A DNA stretch of 64,000 nt from Phoronis australis (lineage: Eukaryota; Animalia; Phoronida): assembly GCA_002633005.1 (NCBI GenBank), contig NMRA01000055.1, positions 124,001 to 188,000 of the forward strand, written 5' to 3'. Position 1 is the first letter of the stretch, and each line of letters begins with the position of its first letter. The notes under the pieces are model-generated. The model was given only the letters and a program-made list of their open reading frames with translations. It searched no databases and was not told where the DNA came from. The translations under genes were made by a program, and so were the position numbers. Shown here one piece after another: positions 13,601 through 26,045 of the stretch.

Positions 13601-16600
13601 CAAACTAGCATTTCTAGTGTCTTGGACTTGAAGTACATGATCAAACTAGCATTTCTAGTGTCTTGGACTTGCAGTCATGCGGAGCATTCATAAAATGGCC
13701 CATAAACTGGATAGCTCCTTTAAAGCTTATCTTGAATGGCAACACCCGTAAATTTGGTTTCTACAGTATGTTAAGAGCATCGGTCTGAGCCCAGTATTGC
13801 AATATATTGCCAAGTGTAAGGAACTGTTTGGCGTATTGACTTGCTTTTGTCAACGTCACCGCGAGAATCACCATTTAATTCAAACAGCTGCCAATAACAC
13901 CCACATGCAATGGTGTTCTATTCAGACCCCTATTCAATACAACTTTTGTTGTTTGTGCTGGGATCTTGCGGTAACGCAACATTGCACGAAAAGACAACTT
14001 CACCTATCATTTGACGGGCTTGCATTTGCGTGATTGAACTCTCGTTTTCTTATTTATAAAAAAGAATAATTGTAGGCAATGTGATACATGTTAACAGATG
14101 TGCACAGACCCTGCATGTGGGCCCATTGCACTGCACTTATGTTACTAAGGCTGTGCTAGGACTGTCTGGTTAGCCCAATACATATAAAACAACAAAATTC
14201 CGTTGAAGTTAGGCTTTAACTGTTTATTTAGACATATTGCCAGTATGAAATTAGGTTGCCTTTTTGAAACTCTTTCAGTCGATTTCATAAAATTAAGGTG
14301 GTTTAACAAAACCAGGTTTAAGACTTAAACCTGGTCTTCCTAAACCTTGTATAATTTTAAACCTAACTTGCATTTCACCAACGTGGTTTAAAAGTCTGAA
14401 AGCCTGGTTTTGTTAGACCAGGGAGCGTGTTTAGTAAAACCAGGTTTAAAGTATCCAAGCCATCCTGCTGTGTCAATCTGGATTAACCCAGCAAAGAAAC
14501 TTGAAGTGCTTCAATGAAACCTTGATCCCGTGGGTATACAATGGGACACAGTAGTAGAATCAGTGCAGACATTTGCGAAAAAGGTCTAAAAGCTTTTCTC
14601 ATGAGGAAAAATGTAATGCTATGCCGAACACACGTACACACATTAAAGTACATGCTCACGATTAGCTGCAACATGATAAATGTCCAAATTTATTTCCATG
14701 CCCTTTTAGTCTTTATTTTTAATTTTCGTGGCCAAAGGGGGGGAGCAAGACCCCTTCCCGGCAATATTAAGTCAGAGACCAGTGGAGGTGGAACTCAGAA
14801 GAATCAGAAGATGCCGTCTTCAGTGAAACCCATAGCGCTTAGGGCGACGACTCCCTGCTCAACCAGTCGTATTCTTAGGAATCTGCAGGACACCATCCAG
14901 AACGTACTGGTCCACACATAGGTGGATCCAAGGGGGTAAATGGGTCCGGACCCCCTTTTTCCCTAGATTTTAGTGATATCAAATCTATAATTTTCAAATT
15001 GTTGACTTGGTCCCCCCTTTTAAAATGTCCTTGACCGACCCCCACCCTTAAAAATTGTGGATCTGCCCCTGCTATGTTTGATCTTGTGTCGTCGTAAAAC
15101 TGAATATTAAAAATAGTCCATTTTTGCTCTAAAACTGCGTTGTAAATGCACACCGCAGCATCATTCAGTTGCACCTATATCACATAAGTATGTCATATTT
15201 AACAGTTAAATCTGGGTCTGACCAAGTCTAAAGATAAACTGGGTTTAAGATATTAATACGAAACTAAAGAATATAAACCTAGTTGGTGAAATGAAAACTG
15301 ACTTAGACCAGGTCTAAACTGGGGTTAAACCTGGTTTTACTATACCACTGGTCTAAAAGTTAAGCCACCTTTATGAAATGCAGATTATCTTTAAACCTGG
15401 TCTATGTTCAGTTTAAGTCAGGTTTAACTTTAAACCACCTTTATGAAATCTGTTGTTTGTGTTGTGTAGATGTGGTTATCTTTAATTGATTTTATTTTGT
15501 TTATTAGCACTCTGTGTCGGACACTGCTGAGGGTGATTTATCCCCTGCCATCAGTGATGTCATCAGTGATGGTACTCAGGTGATCATATGTGGGGCCACG
15601 TTACCAAGGAGTTTAGACACCATCATCGGAGACTTTGTACCAGTACGTTTTGTTAACAGCTATGTTTGATGGTTCAAACTTTTTATTAATCTGGTCTGAA
15701 ATGCATTTTCTAATCAACCAAAGCATATAGTGTTCCTCTTGTTCAAGAATGACCAGATCTATATTATTTCGTTTTATTTTACACCAGCTTTATCAGTTTG
15801 TATCACGTCCATCTGCTCGCCAATGGTTTGTTGTATAGTCATGTTTGTCATTACAGGTAGACAATCTTCAGCGAATAACCACAGATCATGTTCATCGTCT
15901 GCTGCCGCACGTGCCACAGATGTTCATGAGAGTTGGACTAAAACAGAAACCAGGTCAGGCTTCATACTGATAACATGGTGGTAGTCTTGAGAAATGTTTA
16001 TTAATTAATGAATCTGTTGTTGCAATACTGACTGCATGGTTTGGAAAAATGACGTGCAATACTCCCTTTCATGTGATAACAGCTATCAACTACTTAGATG
16101 TAAAAGATTTAGTAAATCTTGGACATCAGTTTTTCTGATTTTTTGCCATCTATTTCGTGTCGTCTAAAATTTTTACCAGAACCTGATATATTCTCATACC
16201 TCAAATTTTTGTTTTCGTTGCACAATCAAATTTAGTGCCATATATTAAATCCAATTTGAAGCTTATAATTCCAAGGGTTGCATATCATTACAGTGTGCAT
16301 CGCTAAGAATACAATTAAGTTGTGGCTTGCAAGTTGGGTAAAATAGGTTGAAAAGTCAAAGTTGAGCTTGCCAAGAAAAATTTAGTTTCAATAACGACTT
16401 ATTTGCCCCATACTATATTCAAATTTGTAGTGACATCATGAAATTTCTGACTTTATAATTGGCTTGTAATAGCAATTGTAATAATGATAATTTAGCTGGA
16501 TTTTGATAGCTCAGGATCTTTGTGGCCTTATTGTACTCTACATTTTTGTTCGTAAATGTTGGGAGAAGTTCAAAGTTGTCAACTAGTTTCTCAAGAAAAT

Positions 16601-19493
16601 GTCTGTATGTTTGACGAGTTGAGTTACTAGAATTTGAAGTCATATTTGGTGAGTGAGGCTGTAGGTGGAGTGTCTACTACTAATCTGATAGCATTTTGTT
16701 ACTTCTTATCCACCAAATCATACTCTGTATTACAAAGAGTTCAATTATTTGGTTGAGCTACTGTCTGACACGCTGTTGTCACTTTGGTTTCATAGAAACT
16801 CTGCTCAAGCTGGCGAGGACTAATCAGTCAAAAGGTCTACCCACTCTGGTGTTTTGCAACAAGACATCGACGTGTTTCTATGTGCACAAGATGCTGCTGG
16901 CGTCTGGTGTGAATAACGTCATGTTCTCCGGAGGACGAACAGAAAGGGTAATAAGTACTTGTATTCCCGGATTTGGGCATGTAAATCGTGGTGGCTTAAA
17001 AAAAACAATGCCTTGAGGTCATCTCGTCACCTGTACAAGTGAGGTCAATATTCTACTCGTATTTGACTGTTTTAACTTGTATGTCATTCCAAGTGTTTAA
17101 TCACTTATGCTGAGCTCCGTTACATTAAGTTTATTGTTACCAAGGATATTTTGACTGATAAAATGTAGATGTGTTATTTCATAACCTTAACAGCTGCCTT
17201 TTTAGATTGGCAGCTGATTCACTGCATGGTTGTTCAGTTAATGTTCATCCTCATTGAGATTGATATCACTCTCAATAGAGAATAAGTGATTTCTCTAATG
17301 GTTTTGATTCAACAAGATTGTTTGCTTACTGTATTCGGCCTAATAAGGTCCCAGGGCGTTAGAGAAATTCGCTTCAGGAAGGGGTGTGCTTATTATAGCC
17401 CAAAAGTGGTTGAAACCCGGTCTCCGAAACAGGTGAATTTGTAAGCTAGAATTCATCAAATTTACGCTCTGTGACGCATCTGTAACCTATGACAGAGTTT
17501 CTACAGAATTGCAGTGCATTGCTATCAAACTTTGTTGTTAAGTTACTAGCATTCTTCAGAAAATCCCAGTGCGAAAACTCGCCGACTGATGCGTCGCTGC
17601 CTTGCGATCGCCAAAAGATCAACTTGAATTCTTGAGTAAAAATATAGTTTTAACTCAACAAATTACCTGAAGTCCTTAAGTTTTCAAAATAGCGTCCCTA
17701 AGATTTTTAAGTTCCCAGCATATTAAGTCCAAATCTGCACTAGATCTTACTCCGTAACATGAGAAAAATCTGGACAAGCACACGTTGTTGTCACCATGGC
17801 TGATTTGTTTAAAGCAGTTAAGACGGGCTTTTTGGTAGAATCTGCAAATGCTTGAAATGTTGGCGGAAGCAGTATCACCGATGGAGCTCATAATTTGCAT
17901 GTTGCATTTAAACATCACATAGGTTGTTATACTGCATTTTTTTTGCTGAAGGTTCGGTTTTCAAAAAGTCACAAAAAACTGTTTTTTCCCGTTTATTATG
18001 AGAAACTTGACACTAGAGTGTACCTCAAAAACAGGCAAATGTATTCCACTTCATCTGCTGTTACATTGGATAATTAGCCTTAAAAAGCAATTGGCTATTA
18101 TAAATAACTGTATTTTGCCCAAATAAAAAAATTTAAACGACTTCCTTGGTCTTCTTTGTTGATTTACCGTCGTTCTATTGAGGGGCAGTGAAGTGCGGTG
18201 TACAAAATCGTGATTTTTGTCCAAGTTCAAAGACTCATTTTTAGGAATCGCAGAGGTTTACCCAAAAAAGATATGCATTTATGCTTGAATTGGACTTCGC
18301 TCTTTTATTTCATCCATAGCCAGTATTGGTAAAACTTACCCCACGCTCACAATTTTGAAACGATCGGCCGTAGTGAATTTTCGAAAATGCCCTTGAGGCG
18401 TCGCTAGTAAACGGTCATAAATTGCTAATTTTGGTATATTCGGCGTCATGCTTGTACTTTGCACTGTGATGTAATAAGTCAAAGTCCAAAACACACTTTA
18501 TGAATGGCATGACACAGGGCGAAAGGGTTAGCTATATCGGCTTTCATCTNCAGTTATCAACACGTTTTTATTGACAAGAGACAAGTTTTGATATTAGACC
18601 ACTTACCTTAATGAAATTGGTCTCAAAATGGACGTAGAATTCTGAGCTTTGAAACAACCGACTGCTCATTATTGCTCAAGATGAGGCACTACAAGTTCAC
18701 TGTCTCAGCGTGTCATTTTATTCATCTAGCATGGTCTCGAACAATAAAGAACAGTCAGTTTTTTGCAAGACCAAAAATCACTTATCAGAGTAAGGAACTG
18801 GTCGAGACCAATTTTATAGTAGTAAGCAGTCTTGTGTCTTCGATGGAACACTGGTTTATTTTCATAGTAACATTTGTGATTGTTACATTCTCAAGAAAAT
18901 CGTTTTCTTATGAAAATTCCAGGAGCGAGAAGGTAAATTTGAAAAGTTTCAAAAGGGTGAATATGACATTGTGGTGGCCACAGATGTTGCATCTAGAGGA
19001 CTCGACACGCGTAGGGTAAGTTTACGTTTTTTTAAATAATTATTTAAAGCAAGTGTTAATTGTTTCTTATTTAAGATATTAACCTTTCTTCATACATCTG
19101 TTTAAATTGTAATTAACTGTTACTTTTAACCCACAAAACCTTATATGAAAGACTTAATAATGATCCTTTTACCAGTCAATGTACCTGGTTTCAGGAGTGT
19201 CACTGTTCCAAAATGCTATCATTTTTACATCTTTTTTAATATTTCAGGCTCAACATGTCATCAATTATGACTTGCCCAACTTCATGTCCGACTACATCCA
19301 CCGTGCCGGTAGAGTTGGCAGAGTAAGCAGTGCCACCTGTGGCCATGTAGTGAGTTTCGTGTCGTACAAGTGGGATGTGGAGCTGTTATGGGAAATTGAA
19401 CGTTCAGCCCGAAAAATGACAGAACTTCACAATGTGAATGCTAATATAAAGAGGAAATTGAATTCTCGTTACGAGGGACAACATGGCCTCTAG
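7630..19493 (+). CDS. DDX28: Mitochondrial DEAD-box RNA helicase DDX28 (11 coding exons resolved, N-terminal exon uncertain)
   Basis: GT-AG exons with consistent phases: 7630-7905, 8347-8454, 9514-9571, 10432-10574, 11380-11533, 12417-12529, 15508-15642, 15857-15953, 16796-16947, 18923-19015, 19248-19493 (524 aa + stop). Motifs: DDX28-type LASHGWKNKKSKGDYFTI, Q motif (FEEL...PTNIQ), AETGSGKT, VPSKELAHQ, VLDEADTLLDDSF, GAT, HRLLPHVPQMF, LVFCN, ATDVASRGLD, YIHRAGRVGR. Confidence 0.92.
8529..8845. mobile_element. Intronic MITE-like element with ~40-bp imperfect terminal inverted repeats
   Basis: The left end, aacaaagtttaaaccatactcacagctaaaatcaaagggtac, matches the reverse complement of gtattctttgattttagctgtgattattgtttaaactttgtt at the right end. 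Confidence 0.65.
9850..10330 (-). pseudogene. Possible highly decayed Penelope-like reverse transcriptase fragment
   Basis: Minus-strand translation DSYSKIPP...FRSPIIVGK...GSYS...L...LLIP loosely resembles the PLE pre-RT pattern YxLPKIHK..LRPIVS..GS..Y.L. Upstream KSVII...TYK resembles the DKG.xVVI...TY region. Many stops and frameshifts. Confidence 0.3.
10815..11235 (+). mobile_element. 3' end of a Penelope-like retroelement: GIY-YIG endonuclease C-terminus plus pseudo-LTR
   Basis: ORF 10815-11072 reads EHLNSDRGSHVNIHLQSS...FAIIDQAETTKQLKIREALHISWCKPYLNRQL, the typical PLE GIY-YIG tail (LKIxEALxIxxxKPxLN). A pLTR with a minimal hammerhead motif follows. Confidence 0.85.
11158..11202 (+). 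ncRNA. Minimal type I hammerhead ribozyme, probably inactivated (G12A)
   Basis: CTC-CTGATGA-t-GGTGT(loop)ACACC-AAAA-CATGTC-GAG. Stems I and II and the palindromic ACATGT stem III are present, but the conserved GAAA is AAAA. Confidence 0.75.
11670..12215 (-). mobile_element. Degenerate Helentron-associated (HINE-like) element
   Basis: GTGC/ATGC microsatellite near one end, an ATGCACCT subterminal motif at both ends, and two ~150-bp internal diverged repeats (gatatct...agatttcaatgaa...tgatgtcaatgcgc). Confidence 0.4.
12895..13676. repeat. 41-bp minisatellite (AGTACATGATCAAACTAGCATTTCTAGTGTCTTGGACTTG[C/A]) ~19 copies in a DDX28 intron
   Basis: Near-identical tandem units with no unique spacers. 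Confidence 0.97.
14279..15452. mobile_element. TIR element (PIF/Harbinger-like MITE) with AAACCAGGTTT/AAACCTGGT subterminal palindromes
   Basis: The left end GATTTCATAAA..AAGGTGGTTTAA pairs with the right end TTAAACCACCTTTATGAAATC. AAACCAGGT/ACCTGGT motifs cluster at both ends, and a nested MITE lies inside. The superfamily assignment is an inference. Confidence 0.6.
14917..15071. mobile_element. Nested MITE of the CA(G/T)RGGCGGATC family
   Basis: CATAGGTGGATCCAAGGGGG...GGATCTGCCCCTG. TSD not recognisable. Confidence 0.6.
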
Positions 19494-21018
19494 TGATGCG
19501 CGTCGCATAATAACAGTAAAATCTCACCCATTTAGGAAACAATATGGCCGACAAGTGAAATTTTATTTGATAATTTTTTCCATGAAACATTGTAGAAGCG
19601 AGTTAAATGCTTTTTGATGGTTCTGTTTTATACCACAACTGCCATCAGACTGTTACAATTAAGAAGCCCTTGAAATATGAAGTACACTTTTCTGAGATTG
19701 TTGAGATTTGACGATACTCAAAAAATTGAGACTGCCTTTTGATGAAATACGAAAAATGTGCATAATTAAAATAAGCCCACTTTAAATTGGACTGTGCGGA
19801 CTGTGCAATGTGGTTGTGTCCTCAACATTTGGCCAATTGTGTTACAGACAAGAATGTAGTAACCATCCAGCACCTGCAAATAAGGAAATGCATTATGGGT
19901 CATTTCATGGCCCAAATTAGCAACGTGTTGACATCATCATCTGCATTTTCTTATCCCATGCACTGGAACGTCACTAGTGTGGTGACATCAATGACTAAGT
20001 GTTTTCTAAGATCAGTTTTGACTAGTTTAGAGTTTATATTTTGCCAGGACTGTTTCCTTTTTTGGTACATGGGGACACTCCAATTTCAAGTTTGTTGTGT
20101 GGAACATTGACCATGTTCTTTGAAGTGGCCATTCTGTCAGTAGATTCAACAATCTGAACATATGTAAATTTTGGTGTTGCTGAAGTATTTGATTGTATAT
20201 GAAAAAGAAATGTCTGACACATACGTAAAGGAGTACTTCACATGACAACATGTGACAAATAAACTACAAGTTGGTTTGTTAAAAATCTAGAAGAGACTGA
20301 CACCAAGATCATATAACTAATCACTAGGGGGTGACTGACAAATGCAAAGAAAATCATAATTACTTCAGGAGAGTCCATAGTAGTCAAACCCTGAAGGCAA
20401 CACCGGGATCCAAGTTGATATTGCCATAATAGTGAGACACCACCAAAAATCTGTGTCAACTATGCTCTCCTCAATGCATTTACTCGCATTGATTCTTCAA
20501 TAAGTTTGGCAGATGATAAGTATGATGCATTTAAAACGGACTAGAAATTGATTAAGAAATGGACGTCATTAGGGGGTGCAGAATCTTCGGAATCCATCTC
20601 AGAATGGGAAGGTGTCCGGCGGTCTTCTCAACAACCAAAATTCATGAAAATCCATTTCTAGGAACTTAGTAAACAGAGACCAACTTAAAAAAAAACAAAT
20701 TGCCTCTTGGGTGCACAGTGATAGTCAAGTTCATTAGAAAATTATTGCACACCCTCCCATCCTTGATAGGGATATATCTGCAGCATTTCACAAACATCTG
20801 TCTGGGGCTTTAAACCGGATACATCATCAGATGGATGGACAGAAATGACAGTCTTATGTGCCTTCATATGTATAAGGCAAACAACTGTGTGTGTCTACTA
20901 CTGTACAGTAATTAGTAGATAAGTAAAATGAAAGCATACCTAAAACAAGTTGGGTTTTGCAACTTTGATTTTGGCAAAGCAGAATGCACATAACCCTTAT
21001 GAAGTGTTTTACAGTATT

Positions 21019-21129
21019 CAGAGATAGATTTAGGGGGGTCGTGCCCCCCAAAATTCTTCCATTTGCCAGTTCAGGCGTGTGAATCCTGGCTAATGCTCAG
21101 CCCCTTAACTCAAAATCCTGGATCCGCTG
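21019..21129. mobile_element. Degenerate copy of the hAT5-like MITE
   Basis: cagagatagatttagggggg...catttgccagtt...aatcctggctaat...aactcaaaatcctggatccgc aligns by eye with the 6486 and 7173 copies. Confidence 0.65.
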
Positions 21130-21934
21130 GTAGTTAATAAAAGACACTGCAGTATATTTCTTGGGTGAACTTGTTGTTTTCAAACTTGTCATTAGGTACA
21201 ATACACATAGTAAGTGAATGAACGTATTTGGCTTCATTATTACAGTCTTCAGATGTGTTTCTGTTGGACGCTTATATGTAGAAACTCTGCTTCGTTCTTT
21301 GGTTCAGTCTACAATATTAAAATAAGGTTATGTCATGGCTGAAATAAGTATACGATTATTTGCACCCCAGGTTATTAAAAAAGTTACTAATCGGCTGCTT
21401 TTAAGATATCAGACGGGAACTATATGTTGGGTTAGCACTGCAATGGTGACTGCTACAAGCACTTGTATGGCTTCAACAGAGGGAAACAGTTGTAAACCTT
21501 GTGAATCAATAACTTATATCAAGGTGACTGCATTTTACTGTACTGTGTACAGCCTTGTACATGTTTGCACCTGTGGACCGTTTTGAATAAGAGAACATTA
21601 ATATCCTTCTTATGAGTACGTGTCCTAGTTTCATGAATTTATAGGCTGGACAATATATCAGTGACGTATGTGTTACGTTGTTGTTGAACCATGCTATGTC
21701 ATCGTGTCACAATGGATAGTTCCGGCTACAGCAGTCACGACTGGCCTATCCTAGTTACCGGTGGAAAGTCCCGCAAGCACAAAGCAAATATGACGGAAGC
21801 CCTTTGCAAGCTTACTACAGCCATAGATTCTCAACTATTAGAAGTATTCAGGATTATTCACTGAGACTATTGCCATATATACCAGAATTATCAAAACTGG
21901 GTTCTGTAGCACGCAATTATTTCCATGTTTCCTT

Positions 21935-23792
21935 AACAAGAGCAACGCAGAGCATTGAAATGCGCCCACAATTGCACCGCATACGGTATCCTTCTAGGGT
22001 TGTTTATTGGTACCATAAAGTGGCCAGTAAAGGGCATATATGTAGTATGTTGTACTTAGCAAAATGGAAAGGCATGGTCATTGTCTCCTCAATAGGCTAG
22101 GGGCAAAATGTGAGTAATCTTCATAATACAAGCACATCCTATACACCAGTTGCTTAAAGCACCACAGAAACATAGAATTAAAAACAAATTTACCAACATA
22201 CGAGATTAGCACAGCATTAGAATGCCAGAAACAAATTTCTACTTGGAACTTTTCCTTCACAGTCACGAAGTAACACAAAGTATACACCTGAAGACCTATG
22301 AAAATACAGAGGTCAATGTAAAATACTAAAATTGCCACTAGAGGCAAATACTAAAATTGCCACTAGAGGCATACCGGTAATCAGAATCATCCTAAAGTCG
22401 TCATCGTCCGTTGTCAACATCACATAAATACACTTGCTAAATTTAGTAAAGATCCTGCAAACGGTTTGGGAGATACAGCCATGGGCGCAAAAAAACAAAA
22501 CTGCCACTAGGAGGCGCCACAGTAGTCCAAATCGTCTGAAAATCATTGTCAGCTGTCTTCCTTATAGTAAGCACATACACGCCAATTTTCACAATCATCC
22601 TTTGAGCGGTTTGGTTGATAGAGGGGTGGACGCAAAAATACAGACTCGAAAACAGTAAAAATGGCCACTAGGTGGCGCAAACTACGTCGAATCCATCTGA
22701 AAACAGTAGGATAGCGTCATCTCACTAATAGGTGCCTACATACCAAATTTCATGAAAATCCGTTCAATACTTTTGAAGATACAAAGGTAAGCGTAAAAAA
22801 CTAAAATTGCCACTAGGGGGCACACCGGTAGTCGGATCCGACCAAAAGTCGTCATCTTCCGTTGTTAACATCATATAAATATACTTACACAATTTGTAAA
22901 GATCCTGCGAACGGTTTAGGAGATACAGCCATAGGCGCAAAAAAACAAAACTGCCACTAGGAGGCGCCACAGTAGTCGAAATCGTCGGAAAATCATCGTC
23001 AACCATCCTCTACATAGTAAGCATATACATGCCAATTTTCACAATCATCCTTTGAGCGGTTTGGTTGATAGAGGGGTGGACGCACAAAAACAGACTCGAA
23101 AACACTAAAAAATGGCCACTAGGTGGCGCAAACTGTCAAATCCATCTGAAAACGGGAGGATAGCGTCATCTCACTAATAGGTGCCTACATACCAAATTTC
23201 ATGAAAATCCGTTAAGGACTTGTGAAGATACAAAGGTAAGCGTAAAAAAATTAAAATTGCCACTAGGGGGCACACCGGTAGTCGGATCCGTCCAAAAGTC
23301 GTCATCTTCCGTTGTTAACATCATATGAATTTAATATACTTACACAATTTCGTAAAGATCCTGCGAACGGTTTAGGAGATACAGCCATAGGCGCAAAAAA
23401 ACAAAACTGCCACTAGGAGGCGCCACAGTAGTCGAAATCATCGGAAAATCATCGTCAACCGTCCTCTACATAGTAAGCATATACACTACATGCCAATTTT
23501 CACAATCATCCTTTGAGCGGTTTGGTTGATAGAGGGGTTGACGCACAAAAACAGACTCAAAAACAGTAAAAATGGCCACTAAGGGCACACCGGTAGTCGG
23601 ATTTGTCTGAAAGTTCGCACATGCCGTCCCATTCATGAATGGAACATATGTGCCAAATTTCATGAACGTATGTCAAAGGGTTTTGGAGATAGAGCAGCGG
23701 ACGCCGGACGCCGCCCGGAAGGACGGACGGACGGACGGACAGAGATGACGGCATAATGCGTCCACATATAAATATGTGGGCGCATAATAAAA
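21935..23792 (+). mobile_element. Complete Helentron-associated interspersed element (HINE) with internal tandem array
   Basis: Starts AACAAGAG. The 5' subTIR ATGCGCCCACA (21960-21970) is the inverse of the 3' TGTGGGCGCAT (23775-23785). A ~450-bp internal period is made of three CCACTAG(G)-containing subunits. A GGAC microsatellite, the 3' hairpin ATGCGTCCACATAT-AA-ATATGTGGGCGCAT and an A-rich end follow. Confidence 0.85.
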
Positions 23793-26045
23793 TGCGGCAG
23801 CCCATTGGTATGCGAAGCTTCATTCATAAGGGAGACTGATCAATTCAAACTTTTGTGTTTAGTGACAAGATTATGTGCTGATTGACGCTTCCATCCAGGG
23901 TTATAGTGCCACGTTTAATAGTTAATTCGCGTAGTAAAGAAAACAAAACACGTCTTTGGCGTTGTGCTTGTTCATCCATAGATACTCTAGTCTGTGATTG
24001 ACCTCGGCTTATACTCATCTAATCGCGAAGTGCCCTGATGCTTTCATCGGGCACTTTTCCTCTTTCGTACTCTCTGTCGCTGCGTTGCCCAAGAGTGTCC
24101 AAACAGCATCCTTACTTCAACGCTTTCGCTTACAACCAATGACTGTGGGACAAAGATGGCGAACTGTCGTTGTGTTTACGTGTTACCCGACCGCGACCAG
24201 ATTGGCTGGAATTATTAGCTTGATTGACATGTCGGAACTATCCATTAAACTGGGCAAGTGACGGGTTAAAATGCTACCCCAATGATAAGGTTGAAGTTAC
24301 AAAATTACATTCTGCAAGACGTGAACGATTTTTTTGGAAAAAGCAAAATCTACGTTAAGTTTCTGATTTCTTAGATAGTCTATGTTCTTTATAGCCCAAG
24401 ACAATATTTGAAAAATGTCAACAACATGTAGGCCTGTAAGCATGTATTTAACCTATGTAGTAGAAATATGTATTTTTTGCCTACTCGTTGAAACAAACAA
24501 CGGTTTCCTCGAACAGAAATAGTTAACATGCGCTTGAGCACTCGATATGGTATTTAGAGTTTATCTTACCGGCTGTGTAATGACTAGCATTTAAACGTTT
24601 CCTTATAACTCAAAACAGCATATACTAAGGGAGAACACAGGTACGATGTAAAACTAAGATTGTTTACTTACCCGTAGTTGCTGTTTATATCTCCTCTGCT
24701 GGTTTTGTCAGCGACCATCCGAAGTTTAGGAGTACCTTTGGGATAGTTGTTCTCTTTGTGCGGTGAAATACGTTTCATCTTTTTTATTATCGGTGTTTTT
24801 TCTTCCTGTGGAAAACAGAACATCGGGAATTAGCTCAACAGGATTACTCCGTCAAGTGGCTTGGGGTTAGGTATTGGAAATTGTTACTTCGATACATTGG
24901 GAGTTTAGGTTATTTCAGTTTTTATAAAGTTTCCAACAAAAACGCACATTTATGTACATGTTTTATCTATTGGTTGGACTGTTTGAATTGAAACAAACTG
25001 GCCGGTTCAAGATGTTTGCGGCTTGGAGTTTACGTACTGGTCAACGATACTCAGACATACTAGCTGATTTTGTGATGGGACATGCTGTACTCACCTCGTT
25101 ATTCAAAGGTCCTTCTGAATTGTGAACATTGTAGATTGTACCCCCGGGAGTCGTCAGTCGCAAGAATGGGGTTGAGTATGACAGCATGGTAACATCGTTC
25201 CGCCGCCTTAGTGGGGTGGGATATAGTTCATCGTCGTAGGGTGTATAGCTGTTACATTGGCTGACAGCCTTATTTCCTTGTTGTCGACAGCTGGGCGACT
25301 GACAATTCCCCATATTATCAACGACCACTTGCCGTGACACTTCTCCAGGTTTGATGCTCAACGTTTACGCTGTCGTATTCCCAGAAAACTCAGCTGGTGT
25401 TCTAAAAGGCATTCGGCCAACTCAAATGGAAATTTGCATGTTAAAGAGATCAGTGTGTTTGCTTCTCTCTGAAGATTTGCGGCAGGACTGTTGTGCAATG
25501 GACCTCAGTTGTCGTTCAATGGACCTCAGTTGTCGTCCGTTATCCAACGGCGATGCTACAGCGTCACATTTCCTCTCTATGTACATGGCGTAGTCTGTTT
25601 CTTTATAGTCAGCCTCCATTTATTGCATTTTTAGTATTGAAAATTTTGAATCGCTGTTAGAAATTTTGAATGATAGTTGAATCACTAAACAATTAAATTC
25701 ACCGGATTGAGTAGGTCCTTGCTCAACAGCTGTTCAACTTTTTGGCCGGCCACTAACACTCGGCTATATAAAACTTGAGCTTGCTTCGTTTCTTGTAAGG
25801 TTGCTGCCGTGGACAACAGCACGATAAAAGTGTACCTAAATTGGTAAGAATTAAGTAATGCGACATCTATAGTCGTCACAATGTGCCAACAATAATTTTA
25901 ACGCGCGCTGGGCCTCTGCCCAAAATGAATCCTAAATGACTTCCGTGATGCGTTTTACAATTCACAGTCATGATTGCGTGGGATGTAACGCGTTAACGCG
26001 AACTCAGCTTTCTAGGATAGTGCCAACAGAAGCTCATCCACACCA

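Noticed and set aside
12895-13676. CRISPR-like appearance of regular repeats (also 5946-6112 and 55825-56770)
   Set aside because: Units are head-to-tail with no unique spacers, there are no cas genes, and the context is eukaryotic and intronic.
17328-18760. Transposon-like intronic block starting TA|CTGTATTCGGCCTAATAAG
   Set aside because: No matching opposite TIR or coding relic was found, so boundaries cannot be supported.
21218-21255. Possible minus-strand decayed hammerhead (CTGAAGA...CAAATACGTT)
   Set aside because: The GAAA box and stem II are too degenerate to support a call.
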